From: an uncultured Alphaproteobacteria bacterium
Lineage (GTDB): Bacteria; Pseudomonadota; Alphaproteobacteria; JAJFIK01
Direction of reading: 5' to 3'
DNA length: 47,676 bases
NCBI GenBank assembly: GCA_964449455.1
Contig: CAYUYV010000015.1
Coordinates: 3,344-51,019 of the forward strand
Part shown: one piece after another, positions 1 to 8,062 of the stretch
Layout: each line of letters begins with the position of its first letter
Numbering within the stretch: the stretch's first letter is position 1
Translations under genes and position numbers: made by a program
Notes under the pieces: model-generated
Databases searched by the model: none
What the model was told of the DNA's origin: nothing
Seen by the model: only the letters and a program-made list of their open reading frames with translations

Positions 1-75
1 GGCCAGACCATTGAGTTTATCCCGGGGCTGATCAAAAAAATATCCTAATTGCGTTGATGGCCGGTCTTGAGCCGT

Positions 76-516
76 TCAGGTCTCGTCGTAAGGTAGTCCT
101 TGTCCCAACATCTTCCTGGCCCGGTCCCGGTGGGCTGGGGTGATTGCATCGGCGACAAGTTTGAGGGCTGTCGCAAGAACCGCCGCATCATCGGAAAAGC
201 CGAGGCCCGGGATGATGTCGGGCAGGAAATCGATGGGCAGGACAAAATAAGCAAGAGCCGCGAGAAGGATCGCTTTTACCCGCCAGGAGGTTTCCGGGTC
301 GAAGGCGCACAGATAGGCCGCCACCAGATCCTCCGCGAAAGGAATGCGGCCCAGGAGGCGGCGCAGCTTGGTCCAAAAACCATCGCGCACAATCTTCTCA
401 TGGCGTTCTACTGTGGCGGGAAGGTTCACCCGTGGGTCCGTCAGGTCCCCCAGGCGCGGTTTTTCGGACCAGCGCCCCTCGCCATTTCCGTCGCCATTTC
501 CTTCTGATGGGCCCAT
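76..516 (-). CDS. DUF1232 (YkvA-like) small membrane protein
   Basis: 146-aa ORF. The segment AYFVLPIDFLPDIIPGLGFSDDAAV fits the DUF1232 signature (P-x-D-x-IPD...G-x-x-DD) and is flanked by hydrophobic helices. Confidence 0.7.
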   Translation of the reverse strand: MGPSEGNGDGNGEGRWSEKPRLGDLTDPRVNLPATVERHEKIVRDGFWTKLRRLLGRIPFAEDLVAAYLCAFDPETSWRVKAILLAALAYFVLPIDFLPDIIPGLGFSDDAAVLATALKLVADAITPAHRDRARKMLGQGLPYDET

Positions 517-604
517 GATAAATCTCTGAATTCAGGCCCACACCGCCACACTGGTCGGGTCGCTGGGCGCAAGAACATCGGCATATCTGAGGAAAGGACA
601 CGCC

Positions 605-1390
605 ATGGATCTCAATAACACCGTCACCGCTGTCATCACGGGCGGCGCCTCCGGCCTTGGTGAGGCCACGGCCCGCGAACTTGCCGGACAGGGCGTGCGG
701 GTCGCCATTTTCGACCTCAATGAAGAAAGAGGCGAGGCCGTTGCCAAGGAATTGGGCGGTGTGTTCTGCAAGGTCAATGTGGCCGAAGAAGAGTCCGTGG
801 TTGCCGGCTTCGAAAAAGCTCGCGCCGCTTTGGGTCAGGAGCGGATCCTGATCAACTGCGCCGGCATCGGCATCGCGGTGAAGACGGCTTCCCGGGACAA
901 AAAGTCCGGCGAGATCAAGCCTCACCCGCTCGACCAGTTCAATTTCGTGATCCAAGTGAACCTGCTCGGCACCTTCCGCTGCATTGCCCACGCAACCGCC
1001 GGCATGCTGAGCCTTGATCCGGTGACGGCGGACGGGGAGCGCGGTGTCGTGGTGAACACCGCGTCCGTGGCGGCCCAGGACGGTCAGATCGGCCAGGCGG
1101 CATATTCCGCATCCAAGGGCGGCATTGTGGGCATGACCCTGCCCATCGCCCGGGATTTGAGCCGCGAGGGCGTTCGCGTGAACACCATTCTGCCGGGGCT
1201 TTTCAACACGCCGCTGCTTCAGGGCGCGCCTGATCACGTGAAACAGGCCCTTGGCGCTCAGGTGCCGTTCCCAGCCCGTCTTGGCGAGCCCACCGAATAC
1301 GCCAAGCTCGCCCGCCACATCTGCGAGAACGGCATGCTGAACGGCGAATCCATCCGCCTTGACGGCGCCATCCGGATGGCGCCGCGCTGA
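605..1390 (+). CDS. Short-chain dehydrogenase/reductase, 3-hydroxyacyl-CoA dehydrogenase type II-like
   Basis: 261 aa. TGGASGLG Rossmann motif, NCAG, catalytic YSASK (Y-x3-K) and a PG motif. Overall resemblance to HSD17B10/FadB2-type SDRs. Confidence 0.85.
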   Translation: MDLNNTVTAVITGGASGLGEATARELAGQGVRVAIFDLNEERGEAVAKELGGVFCKVNVAEEESVVAGFEKARAALGQERILINCAGIGIAVKTASRDKKSGEIKPHPLDQFNFVIQVNLLGTFRCIAHATAGMLSLDPVTADGERGVVVNTASVAAQDGQIGQAAYSASKGGIVGMTLPIARDLSREGVRVNTILPGLFNTPLLQGAPDHVKQALGAQVPFPARLGEPTEYAKLARHICENGMLNGESIRLDGAIRMAPR

Positions 1391-1405
1391 GGCCGGCGGG
1401 GCCGC

Positions 1406-1693
1406 TTAGGCCATGGCATCCATGGCCTTGGCCATTTTGACGTCGAGTTCACTCAGGCCGCCCGCATCATGGGTCGACAGGGTGACCTCGACGGTCTTGT
1501 AGACATTAAACCATTCGGGATGGTGGTCCATCTGTTCGGCCACCATCGCAACCCGCGTCATGAAGCCGAAAGCTTCGTTGAAGTTCTTGAAGGTGTACGT
1601 CTTCTTGATGGCATCGCGGCCCTCCACCAGGGCCCAGCCATCAAGGTTTGGGAGCAGGTCAGCGCGCTCGGCGTCGGTCAGTTTCGCAGCCAT
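1406..1693 (-). CDS. phhB: 4a-hydroxytetrahydrobiopterin (pterin-4a-carbinolamine) dehydratase
   Basis: 95 aa. The length and the conserved [12 protein letters not shown]...EQMDHHPEW...V core are typical of the PCD/DCoH family. Confidence 0.85.
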   Translation of the reverse strand: MAAKLTDAERADLLPNLDGWALVEGRDAIKKTYTFKNFNEAFGFMTRVAMVAEQMDHHPEWFNVYKTVEVTLSTHDAGGLSELDVKMAKAMDAMA

Positions 1694-1841
1694 TGACGGA
1701 TCCTTTTCATCGTTAACTCACCCCTGCCCGAGATAGAGCCTTTGCCGAATGGCGCCAAGGGTGCTATGCGGCGCCGCGGTTGGGGTCATTGCGTGACAAG
1801 TGCCGGTGGCATTTCAGGCCAGGGGTTATGAGGAGTACGTC

Positions 1842-2261
1842 ATGGGTATGCGCGTATGGCGCGAATGGCTGGCGCCGGATCTAAGCGACATGGAAGAAAT
1901 GGCCGAGGAAATGTTCCTGACGCTGCCGAAAGCGTTCCGGGACAAATGCACCAATCTGGTGATCCAGGTCGAGGACTTTCCCTCCGAAGAGACCATGGAG
2001 GAGATGGAGCTGGAGAGCCCCTATGATCTCATGGGGCTCTATCAGGGCGTCGATCTCTCCGAGAAAAGCGTATCGGACAGTGGCGAAGCGCCGGACATGG
2101 TGGTTTTGTTCCGCCGCCCCATCCTTGATATGTGGGCGGAAGGGGAGGAGACCCTTGGAGGTCTCGTCACCCATGTGCTGATCCACGAGATCGGGCACCA
2201 TTTCGGCCTGTCGGACGAGGAAATGGAGGCCATTGAGGACGAAGCCGCCGACGCGGCGTGA
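1842..2261 (+). CDS. Small acidic zinc metallopeptidase-family protein (zinicin-like)
   Basis: HEIGHHFG (HExxH) motif near the C-terminus. GAGGAG Shine-Dalgarno 6 nt upstream of ATG 1842. The ORF track starts at an upstream in-frame GTG at 1800. Confidence 0.7.
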   Translation: MGMRVWREWLAPDLSDMEEMAEEMFLTLPKAFRDKCTNLVIQVEDFPSEETMEEMELESPYDLMGLYQGVDLSEKSVSDSGEAPDMVVLFRRPILDMWAEGEETLGGLVTHVLIHEIGHHFGLSDEEMEAIEDEAADAA

Positions 2262-2320
2262 GCGCAACAGGCCGGTTAAGTCGGGTGCGGATTATTCACC
2301 CTCGTAGGATGAGCCTAAGC

Positions 2321-4270
2321 CTAAGCCGCGCCGCCCATGGTGTCGTGCTGCGCCCCGTCATGGACGTCCTCCATCCCGACAAAACCGCCGGCCTGGATGC
2401 TCCACAGATGGGCATAGGCGCCGCCGCGGGCCACGAGGGCCTCGTGGTTGCCTTCCTCAATGATTTCTCCGTGTTCGAGCAGGATGATCCGGTCGAGGCC
2501 CGTGATGGTGGACAGGCGGTGGGCGATCGCGATCACCGTGCGCCCCTGCATCAGGTTGAACAGGGCCTGCTGGATCATTTGCTCGGCTTCGGAGTCGAGG
2601 GCTGAGGTGGCCTCATCAAGCACCAGAATGCGGGCGTCCTTCATGAAGGCCCGGGCGATGGCCACCCGCTGACGCTCCCCGCCGGAGAGCTTGATGCCCT
2701 GCTCACCCACCATGGTGTCATAGGAGGTGCGCCGCCGGCTGATGAATTCATCCGCATGGGACAGGCGGGCGGCATGCTCGACCGTGTCCCTATCCGCGGC
2801 AGGCTCGGCGTAGCGAATATTGTCCCGGATGGAGCGGTGGAAGATGCCGGGCACCTGGGGCACTTCGGCTACGGCCTCGTTGACGGAGTCCCAGGTGACA
2901 TCGCGAATGTCCTGACCGTCGATCAAGATGCGCCCGCTCTGGGGCTCGAATTGCCGGCGCAACAATTTGACCAGGGTGCTTTTGCCGGCACCCGAGCGGC
3001 CCACGAGACCCACCTTCTCCCCCGGCGCGATGTCAAGGTTCAGATTGCGGAACACCGGCGTGCCATCCTTGTGGGCAAAAGCCACATTCTCGAAACGGAT
3101 TGCCCCCTGGGTGACACGCAACGGTCTTGCTCCCGGTTTTTCCTTAATCTCATGGGGTTCGCTGATGACCTCCAGGGATTCTGCCAGATTGCCGTAATAT
3201 TCGAAGAAATCGAGAATCTGGAAGGAGATCTGGCGCAGTGCCCTGCTGATCAGGGTGACCAGCACGAAGACCATGGTGAAGGCGCCGATCGTCATGTTGC
3301 CGGCCATGACCTGGGCGATGGACAGGCCGATAAGGCTGATATTCAGCACCCACATGGCAATGCTCTGGGTGCCGCGCATGATAGTCAGGTACCAGCGGAA
3401 GGTCATGGAACCCACCATCTCCCGCATCCAGTAATGGCTCACATAGCTGCGCTCATGGGCCGAGCGCGCAAAGGCCCGCACCACGTCGTTGTTGCCAATG
3501 GAATCGACGATCTTGCCGGACAGGGAGGATTTTCGATTGGCAAGGTCCTTTGAGAGCACGCTGCAATGGCGTGCAAGAAAAGCGGCGAGAAACAGATAGA
3601 CCACGGTCCATACCGCCAGCACGATAGCGAGGATCGGCGCCTCAAGAGTCAGGAGCACGAGGCTCACCGAGAGCAGCACAACAACTTGCGTCAGCTCCCG
3701 GACAATGAGCCAGGTCAAGGCGTTGATGGCTTGGGCCGCGCTGTGGACCTTCTGGGCCAGGCGGCCGGCGAAATTGTCTTGGAAATAGCGCGGGGCATGG
3801 CCGAGCAGATAGCGGAACAGATATTTCTGGCTCATGGCCCGCATGCGAGGGGAGAGATAAATATCCATCCAGTCATAGGTGCGGAAGAAAACATCTGTCG
3901 CCAACCATAAACCGCCCAGCAGCAGGAACCACAACAGGATGGTCTGGTCATGGCTCCCGCCTGTTCCATCGGCAAGCGCACCAAGGCTGTCCACAAGGCC
4001 ATTCAGGGCAAAGGGCGTGAAGCTTTCCGCCGTAATGGCCAGGATGACCGCGGCATAAAGCAGGGCAATGCGGTGCGTGAAATGGCTCCGGATGATGAAC
4101 AGGGCGAAGCCCACAGGTGTGTCCGGCAGGTCATCCGCGGGCCGAAGATCCGTGAAATGTTCCGACATGGTGGAGGGGTCATGCTCCCGCGGCGGATCAG
4201 CCGGAATGAAGCGCTCATAAAAGCGCAGCCAGCGGGGCGGCTCGACGGGGGTGAAGAGCGTGCGCAGCAT
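2321..4270 (-). CDS. Fused ABC transporter permease/ATP-binding protein (MsbA-like exporter)
   Basis: N-terminal 6-TM region followed by Walker A GRSGAGKST, signature LSGGERQR and Walker B ILVLDEATS. Start trimmed to ATG 4270 (MLRTLF...), which has GGGAGA 5 nt upstream. Confidence 0.9.
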   Translation of the reverse strand: MLRTLFTPVEPPRWLRFYERFIPADPPREHDPSTMSEHFTDLRPADDLPDTPVGFALFIIRSHFTHRIALLYAAVILAITAESFTPFALNGLVDSLGALADGTGGSHDQTILLWFLLLGGLWLATDVFFRTYDWMDIYLSPRMRAMSQKYLFRYLLGHAPRYFQDNFAGRLAQKVHSAAQAINALTWLIVRELTQVVVLLSVSLVLLTLEAPILAIVLAVWTVVYLFLAAFLARHCSVLSKDLANRKSSLSGKIVDSIGNNDVVRAFARSAHERSYVSHYWMREMVGSMTFRWYLTIMRGTQSIAMWVLNISLIGLSIAQVMAGNMTIGAFTMVFVLVTLISRALRQISFQILDFFEYYGNLAESLEVISEPHEIKEKPGARPLRVTQGAIRFENVAFAHKDGTPVFRNLNLDIAPGEKVGLVGRSGAGKSTLVKLLRRQFEPQSGRILIDGQDIRDVTWDSVNEAVAEVPQVPGIFHRSIRDNIRYAEPAADRDTVEHAARLSHADEFISRRRTSYDTMVGEQGIKLSGGERQRVAIARAFMKDARILVLDEATSALDSEAEQMIQQALFNLMQGRTVIAIAHRLSTITGLDRIILLEHGEIIEEGNHEALVARGGAYAHLWSIQAGGFVGMEDVHDGAQHDTMGGAA

Positions 4271-4402
4271 GGGGTTCTCCCGAATTTGGCGAAGGCCGCG
4301 CAGGGAACACGAAACAGCCGTTTCGTTCAACCTTTTTTTACTTTTGCGTTGTTTTGCCGTCTCCCGGGAAAAGACTTGAAGCGCTTTGACTTTTGCAGAT
4401 CT

Positions 4403-5512
4403 TTACAGGGCGTCGGTCTGGAACAGACGGATGCGCAGGTCGCCATGGGGCACGGGAGAGCCAGGCGCGCGGAAGGGCAGGGCGGTTGCCTTGGCAAGGG
4501 CGTTGTCGCTGGTGACGAGGCCGACCCGCCAGCCGACAAAGCGCTCCCGCAGGATCCGGCCCAGAGCCGCATAAAGGGCCTTGAGGGCATTCGCATCGCC
4601 CAGGCGCGCGCCATAGGGGGGATTGACCATGACAAGGCCGGGCGGGCCGTCAGGACGCTGTAGATCGCTCACCGTGTGCTGATGGAACGCGGTCACACTC
4701 GCCAATCCGGCCCGTGCGGCATTATCCCGCGCCATAGCGACGGCGCCTTCGTCCCGATCGGACCCGATGAAGCGGAAGGCCGGGGGATCTTTCGGCGATA
4801 GGTCCTGCATCCTGGCCCATTGGGCGGCATCGAATGTGGCTAGCTGCTCGAATGCGAAGCTGCGCGCCCGGCCGGGGTGAAGGCCAAGGGCGATCTCGGC
4901 GGCTTCCAGGATGAAGGTGCCGGAGCCGCACATGGGATCAATCACAGGCTCGGTGCCCCGATAGCCGCAGGCCCGCAGGAACAGCGCCGCCAGGGTCTCG
5001 CGCAAGGGCGCCGGGCCGACGGCCTGCTTGAAGCCGCGCTTGTGCAAAAGCTCGCCCGATGTGTCCAGGCTGATCGTGCACTGATTGTTCTGAATGCGGA
5101 TGAGGAGTTTTACGGGTGCATTTACGTCAATGGCGGCGCCGGCGCCGGCGGTGATCGCCTTTCCCACCCGCTCGGCCGCTGCGCCCGAATGGTAGATCTT
5201 TGAACCCCTGCAGCTCGCCTCCACCCGCACTGGCACATCGGGCCCGAGGACTGCGTCCCAGGCCATCCGCCGGGCCCGCTTATCAAGCTGCGCCAGATGC
5301 AACGCCGGAAATGTTCCCATGCGGACAAGCACGCGGCTCGTCCCCCGCAACACCAGATTGGCCCGCCAGACCTCCGGCCAGCCGCCTCTGACGGTCACAC
5401 CGCCTGCGACCGGCTGAGGATCGGTGAAGCCCGCTTCAACGGCCTCGTCTCGCAATACGGGTTCAAGGCCTGGAGGGGCTGTGAGGAAAATGTCGAGATC
5501 CTGAGACGTCAT
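4403..5512 (-). CDS. THUMP-domain class I SAM-dependent RNA methyltransferase (RlmL/UPF0020-like)
   Basis: PMCGSGTF SAM-binding motif and VNPPYG catalytic motif. N-terminal THUMP-like region. Start trimmed to ATG 5512 (MTSQDLDIF...); the 63 upstream ORF codons look non-coding. Confidence 0.8.
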   Translation of the reverse strand: MTSQDLDIFLTAPPGLEPVLRDEAVEAGFTDPQPVAGGVTVRGGWPEVWRANLVLRGTSRVLVRMGTFPALHLAQLDKRARRMAWDAVLGPDVPVRVEASCRGSKIYHSGAAAERVGKAITAGAGAAIDVNAPVKLLIRIQNNQCTISLDTSGELLHKRGFKQAVGPAPLRETLAALFLRACGYRGTEPVIDPMCGSGTFILEAAEIALGLHPGRARSFAFEQLATFDAAQWARMQDLSPKDPPAFRFIGSDRDEGAVAMARDNAARAGLASVTAFHQHTVSDLQRPDGPPGLVMVNPPYGARLGDANALKALYAALGRILRERFVGWRVGLVTSDNALAKATALPFRAPGSPVPHGDLRIRLFQTDAL

Positions 5513-5734
5513 ACCGGGAAGGACTGCCTGATGCTTGGCCTGCGAGACGTGTGCGGATTGAGGGGATGCGCAAGGCCGTTGTCGCATGGGCTTCAGGACG
5601 AGCCTTCGCCCATCACCACACGACGCGTCGATTTGCGGGCTGAGTAACGTCCCAAGACCCATCCCGTGGCTGATGAGTATGGTTTCATCAGCCATAGGCA
5701 TGTCGGCTTGGCCATGCCTTGCCTGTTCGGGACC

Positions 5735-7162
5735 TTACTCCGCCAGCGCCTGCAAAATCCGGGTCCAGGAGCGGATGCCCTTGTGGAAGCTCTTCAGCTC
5801 GTATTTCTCGTTCGGGCTGTGAATGCGGTCGTCCTCCAGGGCGAAACCGACCATAAGGCTGTCGAGGTCAAGCTTTCGTTTGAAAGAGCCGACAATGGGA
5901 ATGGAGCCGCCGCAGCCAATGGCTACCGGCGCCTTTTTGTACTCCTCGCCAAGGGCCTTCAGGGTCCGGCGCAGGGGGGCGCTGTCCGTGGGCAGGGTGA
6001 GGGCCGGATTGGCACCGAATGCCGTGAATGCGGCCGAGCAGTCCGGAGGCAGACGGTCCTGGACGAAGGCGCGGAACGCCTCGCGGATCTTGAGCGGATC
6101 CTGCTGGTCCACCAGCCGGAAGGAGACTTTTGCGGAAGCCTTGGCGGGGATCACGGTCTTACTGCCCTCGGCCGTGTAGCCGCCCCAAATGCCATTCACG
6201 TCACAGGACGGGCGGGCCCAGGTCATCTCCAGGGCGCTGTGGCCGGTCTCGCCGGCTGACACGCTCAGGCCAATGTCGCTCAGCATGTCCGCATCACTGC
6301 GGCCCAAACCATCCCATTGCGCTTTCAGGTCGGCCGGCAACGCCTCCACACCGTCATAGAAGCCCGGGATCTGGATGCGTCCATCCGCCCCGTGAAGATC
6401 GCCGATAATGCGCGAGAGCACGTGGATCGGATTGCGCGCCGCGCCCCCGAACAAGCCCGAATGGAGGTCCCGGGACGGACCGGTCACGGTCACTTCGTCC
6501 ACCACCATACCCCGCAGCCTTGTCGTGACGGCCGGGGTCTCCAGGTCCCACATTGCCGTGTCACACACAAGCGCCACATCCGCCCCAAGATCCGCCTTGG
6601 CCTCCTCCAGAAAAGGCTCAAGGCTGGGGCTGCCTGTTTCCTCCTCGCCTTCAAGCAGGATTGTGACATCGACAGGCAGGCTGCCGGTGGCTTCAATCCA
6701 GGCACGGCAGGCCTCGATAAAGGTCATGAGCTGACCCTTATCGTCCGAAGCGCCGCGTCCGACGATCTGCTGGCCATGGGGACCCGCGGCAAGGCGCGGT
6801 TCAAAGGCCGGTGTTTCCCAAAGCTCGATCGGATCCGCAGGCTGAACATCATAGTGGCCATAGAACAGGACCCGGGGCCGCGTGCCCGTTCCCTGGCCCG
6901 TCCAGCGCGCCAGCACCATAGGATGGCCGCGGGTCGGCCGGACCTCGGCGGAAAAACCAAGATCGCCCAGCATTGTGGCCAGCCAGTCCGCCGCCTCCCG
7001 CACTTTCGGGGCAAAGGCGGGATCCGTGGAGACACTCTCGATACGCATCAATTGGAAGAGACGGTCGAGGCTGGCCTCAAGGCCCGCATCGGCAGCGTCG
7101 AGCACGCTCGGCAGTGCACCGGTGGCGCCAGAGTTAACGGGATCTGCGGCATGGTGGGACAT
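5735..7162 (-). CDS. M20 family metallopeptidase / dipeptidase (ArgE/DapE/ACY1/CPG2 family)
   Basis: YGHYDVQP, GRGASDDKG and LLEGEEETGS metal-binding motifs. Start trimmed to ATG 7162 (MSHHAADP...). Confidence 0.85.
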   Translation of the reverse strand: MSHHAADPVNSGATGALPSVLDAADAGLEASLDRLFQLMRIESVSTDPAFAPKVREAADWLATMLGDLGFSAEVRPTRGHPMVLARWTGQGTGTRPRVLFYGHYDVQPADPIELWETPAFEPRLAAGPHGQQIVGRGASDDKGQLMTFIEACRAWIEATGSLPVDVTILLEGEEETGSPSLEPFLEEAKADLGADVALVCDTAMWDLETPAVTTRLRGMVVDEVTVTGPSRDLHSGLFGGAARNPIHVLSRIIGDLHGADGRIQIPGFYDGVEALPADLKAQWDGLGRSDADMLSDIGLSVSAGETGHSALEMTWARPSCDVNGIWGGYTAEGSKTVIPAKASAKVSFRLVDQQDPLKIREAFRAFVQDRLPPDCSAAFTAFGANPALTLPTDSAPLRRTLKALGEEYKKAPVAIGCGGSIPIVGSFKRKLDLDSLMVGFALEDDRIHSPNEKYELKSFHKGIRSWTRILQALAE

Positions 7163-7220
7163 GGGGTGCTCCTTGTGCAGAAAATCAAAAATCACGGACA
7201 GTGAAATAGGGGGGCGGGTG

Positions 7221-7829
7221 TCAGCTTGCCGCCGCGGTTGAGTTGCCTGTCCAACTGCAATCCAGCTTGCGCAACAGACCGTCATGGAGGTCATAGACGA
7301 GACCGTGAACTTCCACATCCTGCCCCCGGTTCCAGGCATCCTGCAGGATCGGGGTCTCGGCCACCTGGCGGACCTGGGTCTCCACATTGAGTTCGCAAAG
7401 GCGATTAAGCCGGGCCTCGCCTTGCAGGCGGCGCAGATCAGCCACATGACGATCCATTACGTCGCGGATCGGCCGAAGCCAGTAAGGCAGCATGCCATCA
7501 CGGATATCGTTCAGGGCGGCCTGGACACCGCCACAGCCATAATGGCCACAGACCAGGATCTGACTGACCTTCAGCACATCCACCGCATATTGAAGCACCG
7601 TCAAACAATTGAGGTCGGTCGGATGCACGACATTGGCAACATTGCGGTGGACGAAGATGGCGCCTGGCTCAAGGCCGACGATCACATTGGCCGGCACCCG
7701 GCTGTCCGAGCAGCCGATCCACAGATACCGGGGGGTCTGAACCTCAACGAGCCGGTCGAAATAGTTGGGATCCTGGTCCACCCGCTCTTTTGCCCAGCGG
7801 CGATTGTTCTCAAGGAGTGTGTTGACCAT
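7221..7829 (-). CDS. can: Beta-class carbonic anhydrase
   Basis: 202 aa. CSDSRVP and GHYGCGG zinc-ligand motifs. The N-terminus is collinear with enterobacterial Can. Confidence 0.9.
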   Translation of the reverse strand: MVNTLLENNRRWAKERVDQDPNYFDRLVEVQTPRYLWIGCSDSRVPANVIVGLEPGAIFVHRNVANVVHPTDLNCLTVLQYAVDVLKVSQILVCGHYGCGGVQAALNDIRDGMLPYWLRPIRDVMDRHVADLRRLQGEARLNRLCELNVETQVRQVAETPILQDAWNRGQDVEVHGLVYDLHDGLLRKLDCSWTGNSTAAAS

Positions 7830-7852
7830 GCCTCTTGTCCGTCGGGCCTTTC

Positions 7853-7924
7853 TGTCTGTCTCAAGCCACCTGTCTGTCTCAAGCCACTTGTCTGTCTCAA
7901 GCCACTTGTCTGTCTCAAGCCACC
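7853..7924. repeat. 4 x 18-bp perfect-phase tandem repeat TGTCTGTCTCAAGCCAC(C/T)
   Basis: Copies at 7853-7870, 7871-7888, 7889-7906 and 7907-7924. They differ only at position 18 (C,T,T,C). The array lies 24-95 bp upstream of the can start codon, in the can/acylase divergent region. Confidence 0.95.
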
Positions 7925-8062
7925 GGGCTCCAGGGCCCGATCCATCCTGCCGCTATAGGACGGCCATATCATCCGGTCAATCTGGTGGCTTAAATGGGGG
8001 AATGACCCTATGACCTTTGCGGACTGGGACAGCCAGCTTTGGGTCATGCAGGAGGGATCGTC

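Noticed and set aside
1-48. Possible 3' end of a plus-strand gene (GQTIEFIPGLIKKIS-TAA) at the left edge
   Set aside because: Only 15 codons are visible, which is too short to identify or to distinguish from chance.
2313-2324. gcctaa x2 duplication containing the ABC transporter TAG stop
   Set aside because: It is real but only 6 bp per unit, which is short enough to arise by chance. It is mentioned only as weak support for the stop-spanning duplication theme.
7853-7924. Possible CRISPR-like array (also considered for 40169-40244)
   Set aside because: The units are contiguous with no unique spacers, only 18-19 bp long and only 4 copies, and there are no cas genes. These are simple tandem repeats.
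7765-8013. 82-aa ORF encoding LSVSSH x4 across the 18-bp tandem repeat
   Set aside because: The repetitive peptide is simply the repeat read in frame. There is no SD, and it sits in a divergent promoter region, so I treat it as a DNA repeat, not a CDS.
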